NCBI GenBank assembly: GCA_001949185.1
Contig: BDGG01000001.1
Coordinates: 5,381,530 to 5,445,529, forward strand
Direction of reading: 5' to 3'
DNA: 64,000 nucleotides
From: Ramazzottius varieornatus
Taxonomy: Eukaryota; Animalia; Tardigrada
Shown here: piece after piece, positions 50,125 through 60,800 of the stretch
How the letters are laid out: every line of letters begins with the position of its first letter
Position numbering within the stretch: position 1 is the stretch's first letter
Made by a program: the position numbers and the translations under genes
Notes under the pieces: model-generated
Seen by the model: only the letters and a program-made list of their open reading frames with translations
The model's database searches: none
What the model was told of the DNA's origin: nothing

Positions 50125-52952
50125 ATGCGGAAAGCTGATCGTTCCGAAATTGCCATTCGTAGTTTAGTTGGCTGCCTTGTGTGGAGCTGTTTACATCGGA
50201 CTTTTGTCCAAGCTGCAACCATTTGCCCCACGATCGTTGAACTTCAAAATGTGGGAGACTCGAAAGTCATCTCATCGTCATTGACGACGAATGACATAAA
50301 AAGATGGATCGTAAAGGGCAATGGTCATCCAATCGAGATAGTCGTTACACACATGTCTATGGGTCCTTGGAGAATTGAGCCTGACAAATCTATCTTTTTC
50401 GGGTGTTGGAACTCTCCACTCCTAAGAGTCGTCGATGACAGATGTAAGAAGTTTTCGATCCTTATTTCGTACAGCTGATCAGCACCAGATAATGCGATGG
50501 ACTAAGTTGAGATTTCGCAGATTCGCTGTTCCCGCTGATGACTGCTTGTGGTGACACTGGGCGCTTACCCAATACAACATCCTTCAGCGATTTTTTGGTT
50601 AGGTGTAGTTAAGTTTACGCTTTACCTGTAGTACGTTAGTACCTGTCAAGCGGCTTTCCCCCCACAGAACATCAGTCATATCGGGAACTCGGCGTACAAC
50701 ACTAACTTCTCGATGGAGGTGACCGGTAAGTTTGGACTAGACCCGCAACACTTTGGTTTCAAGCAAAAGTGAACCCTATGGCTATCTGAATTCTGCCCTA
50801 CGAGCAGCTGTAACGTGTGGTCAGGACCATTATAAGTGCCCCTCCGATACGAGGCAGTGCATCCCGACAGACAAGATGTGCGATGGCGAACAAGATTGTC
50901 CACAAGGAGAAGATGAGATATGCACGGAAAAGTGCGGAATAGCGGCAGAGGCAAACAAGAAGGAGAAATTTGGTACCAAAATAGTTGGGGGAACAGAGGT
51001 AAGTGCTGAAGAAGGAAGCTCGGTTTATGGTTTTTGAGGGAGACGATGCAGGACGAAGTGTCTCGATTGCTAGGCGGTACCATACAGCTGGCCGTGGCAA
51101 GTTTATATGCTCGCGGACGACGGCAGTTTTCAGACTGGTTGCGGTGGAAGTATTGTAAGTCCTGGTTCCATCGCTTACCCTATTTTGCATAGCACAATTA
51201 CGACCAAGCCTTCTTTTTGATGGAGGTGGCACCGCAGTGGATCTCAACTGCTGCACATTGTTGTTGGACGAGAAACGAAGGCGGCAACCAAATGTGAGTG
51301 TGCTAGCCTTATTCATAGCTGAAAGCACTGAAACACGTACATTACACGCAGGACGAGAAATTATGGTACAGCAAATATTATGGGACAGGCCTTTTCGCTA
51401 CGGCGGTACGGGAGCACGTACACACGCGACCGATTCACAGTAATACACTTTTTCGACACTTTTCTACGGCCAAATTTCCATCTTGCTGTCCTTTCCGCCT
51501 GCCCCATAATTTTTGCTGTACCATAGTATCTCGTCCTGCGTCTACACGCACGCGGGGATAGTTTGGGCCGGTAAAAAGTTTGGGCCGAGCGGAAAAGACG
51601 GCACATTGAGAATTTAACCGTAGAAAATGGTCAAAAAGTGCATGGGTGTGAATTGCACACGGCCGTACGAACTCCCGTTCCGCTGTTTCGGAATCGCTTG
51701 GCCCAAACTATCCCTGCGTACTTGTACTGTAAAAGCAGGCTCTTCACACTGGATACTTACAGGACATGGAGACCAGACAATATTAAGTTGTATGCCGGAG
51801 CCCACATGAAATCTGAGAATGGTCCCATTTCGGTGTTGAAGGTCATTCCGCACCCAGACTTTACTTACTCATACAACACGGACTTTCAGAACCTCAACCA
51901 GGATTTTTGTCTGTTGAAGCTAGCAAAGGTACCAAAACCTATGAAAGACTGGGAGAAAAAAGTGCTGGGTACAGTAGTCCTTTGTCAGCAATGTGACCGC
52001 ATACTTGCGTTACAGCCACTGGATTACACTGATAAGATTGGACCAGTTTGTTTGGCCCAGCGGCCGGATCCTCCGCCAAAAGCGTCCTGCTATGCAACAG
52101 GCTGGGGACGTACAGATCCGAATGATTTCAATGCTCCCGGCAGTCAGAAGCTGATGGAGGTTGATCTTCGCATCAGATCTGACGACGAATGCTCAGCTGC
52201 GGCTCAGTACGAGGGGATTCCATCAAGTATTCATGTCAGCCCCGACACAATCTGCACACTGTCCAGTCCCAGAGCAACGTGAGTAGAAATTTGCTGAGGC
52301 AAGAGCCGGAAGATGGCCACTTCTGAATTCCACAGTCTCCTCACAGATGTCACGGTGACAGCGGGGGACCACTGGTTTGTCGGCTGCCTAGAACTGACCG
52401 CTTTCAATGGCAGCTCGTCGGACTAGCATCTTACGGAGCAGGACAGTGAGTTCGAAGGCTTGATCACTGTTTAACCATGTGGTTGATCTGGCTTTACAAC
52501 CGCAAAATTGTTATGTTCGCAGGAAATGTACGTACGGTCCGAAGTACTTCGCCAAGATCCGCCGCGGGCTAACTTTTATAGCCAATGTGTTGTACAACGA
52601 TTCCTATGACGGTTGGAATCTCAACAGGACGATAAGACGCTTCGATCCGTCAGTGCAGTATGACAGAGGAGACTACATTATTGACATTCCAGCTCATGCA
52701 GACTCAGAACCTTCGTACGAGGTGGAAGGAATCATGTCAAACGCATCTTGGGTCGCCGATGCAAGCTGCTTCTTCACTCCGCCGCCCGTAACAACTTCCA
52801 GTACCGTGAAGCCAGGGGAGGATGTAACACCTGCGGGAACCACCGCGCCCGTCCTCGCACCAAGTGAAGCCCCGAACTTCGCCAGTATTTCCCACTCTCA
52901 CGGTCTCACGTTTCTTTTCTGCGTCTTTCTCATGTGCTATTTTACTTGGTGA
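50125..52952 (+). CDS. CUB-LDLa-serine protease paralog 6
   Basis: TKIVGG, STAAHCC, QDFC, CHGDSGGP, hydrophobic C-terminus. Confidence 0.9.
51345..51724. mobile_element. Two abutting MITE family A copies in opposite orientation sharing one TA (51345-51542 and 51545-51724)
   Basis: ta|cacgcagg...cctgcgtc|ta|cacgcacgc...gcgtacttg|ta in a paralog 6 intron. Confidence 0.8.
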
Positions 52953-53337
52953 ACACGCTCTGGTTAAGTTAGACCTGTTGTTTCGCGCACGCGGCCTTGT
53001 AACAGTCACTGGGAGTCTCTTTCCGAAGTTTGATGGGAGATTATGTCTTTGAATTTTGTGCCCTGCTCAGTTTCAATCTCGAAGTCCTGATGAAACTTCG
53101 AAGTTGTACTTCATGCAGGACACGGGTACAGTAAAATCTAGCTATGCCAACGGAAGAAGATTTTTGTTGTAGTCCACGAGAAGGTCACCTCGTACATTAT
53201 AGAAAATCTGAAGTAAATGTGGCACAAGAGAGTGCTGGATCAATTCCACCAACTTTGATTTTGTAGTATTTGGCCGTATTCACAGCAGTTAGCACTGTAA
53301 CTCGTAGGAACGTCATGTGCATCGTTGCGGTATTAAT

Positions 53338-55942
53338 ATGGTAACTGACCTGAGTCGATGGAAGCCAAATCCCCCACCGTGGGTGCTGCCAGTAGTCTGT
53401 CAGATCATGTTCTACCTACTACCTGTCCAAGCAGATTCAGATTGTTTCACAACGATTCGACTGAAGAAACTTGGAGATTCGGAAATCATTACTTCGGCCT
53501 TATCTATCAACAGAGTCAGAAGATGGAATGTGCATGGGAACGGGCATCCCATCCGGATAAAGGTACTGAGGCTCGACATGGGCGTGTCTCACTCATTGAA
53601 CGGTTTTGGGGAGTTGTGTGATCAGAAATATGGCGCACCTCGGGCTGAAAATCTCCGACAACAAATGCAAGTGCATAACTGTACACGTAAGCGCACGCAA
53701 AGAATGTTCGGGCCAGTAAAAAGCTTTGGTCAGACGGAGAAGGCGGAAAATTGAAATTCAACCGTAGAAGATTGTTAAAACGTGCAGTGGAGTGAATTAC
53801 ACACGAACGTACGTTTTTCCGTTCCGCTGCTTCGGAATCGCCCGGCCCCAACTTTTTGCTGGCCCGAACTTTCTTTTTGTGCGTGTGCCGCAAAACTTTC
53901 AACGGCGCAGCATTTTGAATTACGTAGATTGACTTTGCAGATCCGAAGTTCCCACTGTTGGTGGCATGTGGCAAGTCTACGTCAGGCGTCATATCCTACG
54001 GCGACCTTCTGGTAAGCGCCCAGTCGTTACGTGGTGTTTGGTTGTTCGTTCGATAGTCGTTCATTTGATATGCCGGTGTGTACTTTGTCCGGAAGAACAT
54101 CACCCATATCGGAAGCGCCGAAGCAAGTTCTTTCGAATTGCAAGTGATCTGTAAGTACTACACGGCTCAGTAGTATTGGTACCACACGGCTAAGTTAAGG
54201 GTAAGACCACTTAGCATAAAGTACGAGCTGCATGATGTACAGCGGTGGAATGTGGCCAGGAGGATTACTATTGTGCTTCCAACCATTCAATCTGCATACC
54301 ACAGACGAAGATGTGTGATGACAGAAGAGACTGTCCAAAAGACGAGGACGAGATATGCACAGAAGACTGCGGCATTGCTGGTCCTCTTCACAACAAGAAA
54401 ACGTTTGACGGAAAGATCACAGGACGGACAGAGGTAATATCCACGGTTCAACAGAACAAAAACCTACTGCGGCTACTCTTAGGAGTAAATTGGATACTAC
54501 GTACTTTTGGTTGCAGTCCGCCGTGCACAGTTGGCCTTGGCAGATTTTCATGAGAAGGATCTTTACATCTCGAAATCTAAACCTGGAAAGTACATGCGGC
54601 GGAAGTGTTGTAAGCCATCAAGTTCTCGATCGACCTCACTTAGAATAAAACTAGAAAGGACATGTTGGCTATATATAGAACCTGCAGGTGGCGCCACAGT
54701 GGATTTTGATTGCCGCACACTGTTGTTTTACTGACAACGACGATGGTGGCGAGAGGTAAGAGCATGGTGGTGGATCCAAAAACGGCACGAAAGTCGCAGT
54801 TCGCAGACCGAACTTTTTATTGACTGACGGTATTTGGTTTCAGCGTGGCTACTCCAGAAAGCGTCACGGTCGGGGTTGGGATGCACAATCGGAGGAAGGG
54901 TTACGCCATCGTATCCGATGTTGTTAGAGAAATAGACAAAGTTTTTGTTCACCCAGCCTACCGATCGGTGTACAACAGCGAATTCGTGGGACCCGATAAA
55001 GACTTCTGCCTCCTGAAACTAAAAGAGGTTTTCACTTGACTACTACCAACAGTTATCGCTCAGTTTCCATTATAACTTCCTTTCCAGCCACTGGAGTACA
55101 ACAAGAAAATCAGTCCAGTCTGCTTAGCGCAGATGCCAGAACCGCCAATAGGCACATCATGTTACACGACGGGTTGGGGAGACATAGGAGAAAAGACCTC
55201 TGGAAATGACACAAGGGATTACAGCAATACCGTGCTGATGGAGGCTGACGTCAAGATACGCTCAACCGATCACTGTACCAGCGCGATGGTCAACCGTGGA
55301 ACACCGGCATACTTAAGCCCCGAGTCGATCTGCATATTGCAGGATGACAAAGGAACGTAAGTACCACAGCCTGCAACAAACTTGGCTCACTTCTGTACAG
55401 TACTGCGACAAAACTATTGTATCCTGTAAACAGGTGTGGTGGTGACAGTGGAGGACCGTTGGTTTGTCGCCTTCCCAACTCGACTCATATGAAGTGGCAG
55501 TTGGTTATTGGGATGACATCCTACGGAAGGTGTGCATTAGCGTTCGCTCATTTTGAAGAGTGTCTTTTGAAAACTTGAGAAACCTTGTTTATTCGGTAGG
55601 TACTGTGCCGTCACGCCATCAGTCTATTCGCGTACCCGACGGGGTTTAGGTTTCATTGCGGACACGTTGTACGCGGAAAACTACGACGGCTGGTTTACGG
55701 ATAGAAACGTCCGACCTTACGACACTTCGCGCACTTACGGTCCAAAAGACTTCAAAATTGACGTTCCGGCTGGTCCACCAGATCCACCAGAACCGGTGGC
55801 TGTGGATACCAATGGCTGGATAACAGGAGACCAATGTACCTCGATGGACTACACCCAGTCATCGCCGGTTTCCATTTCGACAAATCAGCTGCTCGGTTTA
55901 GTACTTACAATATCTCGGTTACTGCATGCAGTCTATTTATAA
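53338..55942 (+). pseudogene. Protease paralog 7 with a +1 frameshift in exon 1 and an altered activation site (possible pseudogene or sequence error)
   Basis: CCTCGGGCTGAAAATCTCCGACAACAAA reads PRLKISDNK, like the paralogs, only if one G is removed. K|ITGR replaces K|IVGG. IAAHCC and GDSGGP are intact. Confidence 0.7.
53684..53887. mobile_element. MITE family A variant in intron 1 of paralog 7
   Basis: Inverted arms ttcgggccagtaaaaag / tttttgctggcccgaa; core shared with 51545-51724. Confidence 0.7.
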
Positions 55943-57803
55943 TTTTTTTACACTCTAAATGACCGAAAGGGGATGTGAATTCATTACGCTGTAAGTAGCT
56001 TGTTTACTAACTGCAACAATAGGAAGTTGATTGTCTGTACGGATGTGACGTGTGATGTTACTGATGCAACTGCCTTTATTGGCTCCGACACGCAAAGCTT
56101 CCGATAAGTTTGTTGAGGACATTTCATCAACGACGTCAGATTGGGCAATGGCCGAAAGTCCCGAAAAGCTTTCGAAAGCAAATCATACATTATAAAAATG
56201 TAAGTTTCTCATCTTCTTCAACCGTCAGTCAGGTTTGGTCCTACCCACACTGTTTGTCTCAGTTCTTCTCTTTTCGTACTACACTGTAGTAGTCGAGAGA
56301 AAACCATGAAGGTTGGCCGTTTCAAGTCGATAGGTGGCGCACTGTACCATCAATTCCGGAATTTCGGGTAATCGAGAAGGTGGTGATTGGTCCTATTTGG
56401 CGACGCCCTGGTTTTGACCAGTTAGAAAAAGGTGAAAGTGAGTTTCCTTCCTGGTATTCTGAAAGCTCGAAATCGCGTGATGCTCAAGGCGTCAACTTGT
56501 GAGAAGAATCAGCCTGATAGTACGGTTAACGCGGAGGCCAGTAGAGCACCATGCCGCCCACCCGAATCATGTAGACGAGTTTCGGGATATCATTAGCTAC
56601 GTGGAGTCAGCTACGGAGGACTCGTTTCGCGAAGCTCAACTCTTCACTTGAAGGTTTCACTCAACACAGTCAAGGTTCCACGTCCACTCCGAGCACAAAG
56701 CCCACTCTACGATATCCTACAGGCGGGATGAGATTCTTCGCCAAACGCATGGCTGGGGTTACAATGAAAAACAGTGTTCGTGTGTACCTCGAAAAGTACG
56801 TATAATTAACTTGTTGAGCATTACGGGATGATCGCTATAAGTTGGACGGATTCTAGAAATTCGTGGCAAAATCGCTTCCACCTTTTAACTTTCAAACTTC
56901 AGCTCATTCAATAGATAACGTCTCCATCTTCTATTCTTGTGACGGTCCGCGATCCCTTCAAAAAGAAGATCGTGTGATTTTTTTAGCGCATTGACTCGGT
57001 GCACGGTCTGTCACGGTTTTTTCTACGTGCACGGGCTGGTACACTGCCTTTGACTCCAGGCACCACCTTTGACCACTGCCTTCCGCATACTCACGAAACA
57101 TCCGTGCGAAAAAGCCAAATACAGAGGTGTTTGAGATTGGAACACTAGAGCAAATTAAGTTCGTTGCACCGAAATGGTGGCCTTTGCCAGCCCTAGACGG
57201 ACCAACGCAACGGAAGACGCGTGGCACCAAGATCTAGCTTTTTGATAGTTTCATATGACACCATAATCGAACAACGTCTTAACAGTAACTGAACCAACAA
57301 ACGCCGTTCCGAAACCCTTCAACTCTTCAGGTCTTCTCCAGGTTGTGCAAGTACACCCCGTTCACGCCACATCGCTACCATCTGGCATTTCGACGTGGAT
57401 TGAAAAAGGAACAGACAGCTCTAACACGCTGAGGAACGGAGAAACCAAAAAATAGTTCAAAAAATACTCGAAACATTTTGCTTACCCCCTGAAACAGCTG
57501 TAATATTATGGCTCACTGACCCACCTATGTGCATAATCAAAGATGCAGGAAACCCAGAAATGCATGCTTTGTGTAAACTAGTCGATTCTATGTCAACAAG
57601 TTTAGATCAGACTTCCTGTAGAGGTCATCTGTGCGGACATCTTAACACTGTACTCCAAATAAGGTATCTGGTTTGCTTGATAGTTCGTCGCACAGCTAAT
57701 CACGGTTGAACAGTATCCTGTAATACATCCTAGAAATACTGCTAAGCTTTTATTGGAGTACTTCTGTATGTTCGTTTTATTTATTGGCGTTTCTTCGTCC
57801 TGA

Positions 57804-60800
57804 ATGCATGGCCTCGCAAGTGGAGCAAATCATTTTGGACGCCTGTTTGTGGTAATGCTAAGGCTTCTCGGGACTTACTGGCTGCCCACTGGTGTAGTTC
57901 GCGCCAGGGATAATCCAGAATGCCCCACGGCAATTCACCTCTGGCAACTGGATGGATCCAGACCTATCGAATCATCATTACCGGGGGAAGCGACTCGACG
58001 ATGGAACGTTATCGGACACGGACGCCCTATTCGTGTCAACATCACCAAATTCCAGATGGGGGCAACTGTCCAAAGGGGTATTTTCAAAAAGTATTGTCCG
58101 GTTACCCCGCGACTGAAGATCGTGGATAACAGATGCAAGTAAACCGAGTGGTTCGCAGTCGCCTTTCATAAGCAGTGTCCTGGTAGGTGAAAATCATCTT
58201 GGCTTACAAGGTTTGGCATTTTGTACAGATCCGAAATTTCCACTCGTCGTTGCATGTGGCACTGACTCGTTCAGTTTCACCTCTTACAGTGACCACTTGG
58301 TAAGATCAGTAAGACATGTTACCTGTCAACACTTCTAATCAATGTACAGTGTACGAAAAAATTAACCGTTAAAAATGGGCGTAATACTGCAGCTGGAGAC
58401 TATTGACGACTCGGCCAATGAGAATTATATTTTACTGCATGCGCAAATCTCATTGGTTTTATCCATCTGGTTCCATCCATAACCCATTTTTAACGGTTTA
58501 TTTTGTCGTACACTGTAGTGCACAATAGCTGCGAAACTTGTCCGTTGAAAATCCACCTCAAAGTTTATCGATTGTTCAACAGAATATTAGTCATCTTGGA
58601 GGCTCCAGAGGACCCAGCTCTTTCACCTTGGAAGTAACCTGTAAGTGACTGAAAAAGGGAGCAGCCACATTTGCAAGACTGTCTAGGGTATAAATAATTA
58701 AAACCCGTCAGTAACTGTATGCATTGCAGCGGTAGAATGTGGACAGGACCATTTTGTGTGTCCCTCGGACAGAACCAAATGCATAACCATGGAGAAGATG
58801 TGTGATGGTCGACGAGACTGTCCAGATGGAGAAGACGAGATATGTACGGAAGAATGCGGAGAATCGAGCTCGGCGATTTCGAAGAATCCTTATCGGCGAA
58901 AAATAGTGGGCGGCGAAGAGGTGCGAACGACCTACTGGTACTATGGGTGTGGGGCGATGCTTAATTCTGAGTATAGATACAATCTTGTACAGTGTACTGA
59001 ATTTAATTAGGCCTCCCCTCACAGCTGGCCGTGGCAAGTTTTCATCAGGGCGGACAACGGTACGCAACCCGTGACTTGCGGAGGGAGTATCGTAAGGCGA
59101 TAGCTCAATCAATGGAACACCGTTTGACACGGTGTAACGCAAAATATTTTAAGTTTTGTCCTTGTGGAGCGCTTCAGATCGCGCCACGGTGGGTTCTGAC
59201 CGCGGCTCATTGCTGCACAGGCAAGCATTATGGCGTAGACAGGCAATACGATGCGGAGAAGGTGCAAGTTGGAGTTGGAATGCACGAAAAGACCAAAGGG
59301 CAACCTGTCTCTAGCGCGTACTTGAGAGAGGTGGTAAAAGTCATTGTGTCGCCTGGCTATGCAGGAGATGCTTACAACAGCGAATTTCCATTGCCTCAGC
59401 ATGACTTCTGTCTGCTGAAACTAAAACAGGTACGAGGTAAAGGACATGGAGTTTTCCAGTGGAAACTTCGGACATGGAAATTTCCAAACTGCGGTGTAGG
59501 GTGGCACCACAATATGTGACTGTTTTGTCACGTGACGTCTTGCAGACTGGAATGTGCAAGGAAGGAAGGAATTTTATTAGCCTCGACAATTCAGTCGACG
59601 ACTTCCCCGATGTTAAGAGGATCAAAGTCTACTCAGCACGATGATGGAAAAAGTTACAGTAACTAAAACAGAGTCACCCGGTTGATCAGGAACGAGTATC
59701 GTTATGAAGATCGATCATTCAGGTTCAAGACAACAAATAGATCCGTTTGGAATGCCAGCTAGAGAGACTAAAGGAGAATTTATAACACACATCGAGAAAA
59801 TTTGGTTAGCCGTTCGGTTCACAGTTATAGACCGATCTTCCAAGGAATGATGCTGATGTTGGGCGACCAGTTCTCGGCTTCCAGGACAAGGTCCACATCG
59901 CTAGCAAAGACTCCGATGCGACCGACCGACTTAGTGTCGTCAGGGCCAACAGGAACTATCCAGACGAAGCGAGGCTTCACTCCGATGCCTTGCCGGTAAT
60001 CTTTCAGTTGTTCAGCGGTTACGTGTCTCGGGGCACCCCGAATGGCGAAGTCACGACCCGGCGGCCCCTTGGCTCGCAGCGGGTTGGCAGTTATACTTTC
60101 TTCATCGGCCTTCTTCGTACCTCTTACAACAACGCGGGTTGCCTTTCGCCGGACAGCGGGGTTCTCGGATGGTTGAGATCTCCGCGCAGCAACGGCAGCA
60201 AAGGTTGCAGTGGTGATAGCCTTGACTGGGGAAACTACGGGCGTTGCGGTGGCGGTAGCCTGGGTCATACTGGGGACACTAGCCTTGGTGGCAGGAGGCT
60301 CATATGGCGGGACAGGCAGCCGTTGGGGAATATTTTCCAGCAAGGGCAATCTTCCCAAGATGGAATCCTGGCTTACCTGTAGAGCTTTGACGGTCTTCTG
60401 AAGCTCCAGCTTGTCTTTCTGTAGGGATTCCACGAGGCTCTCCAGGCGGCTGATCTGCTCAGCTTGGTACCGAAGGTGTTCCATGGGCTGGTACATTTGG
60501 ATCGGCCATATCCGCTTGAATTCCTCTCGACAATGATGCCCCAATACTTCGGCCATCCCTTCCATGGGCGTGTTGTATCTTTTCAGGAGCTCATCCTCGG
60601 CCCCGACGCAAGATAGCTCTATATCAGATTTGCTACCAGCTGCTCTTCCGAAGGAGCAGATGGTTTCGCCATAGCAGATAAATAACTGTTGATTGATAAG
60701 AAAAGAACGGAGTTAAATAAATGCTACTATTTGTTACAGTGATGATTTGTTACAATGATGCAACCGCAGACTGGAAAGTGCAACCGCTTTTGTGAAGTTT

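Noticed and set aside
56280-57480. Possible transposon remnant between paralogs 7 and 8
   Set aside because: No clear TIR pair, target duplication or coding similarity found by eye.
27688-57627. Recurring CTATGCCAAC as a CRISPR-like or transposon repeat
   Set aside because: Eukaryotic context, kb-scale spacing and a fixed position relative to each gene indicate a duplicated promoter element.
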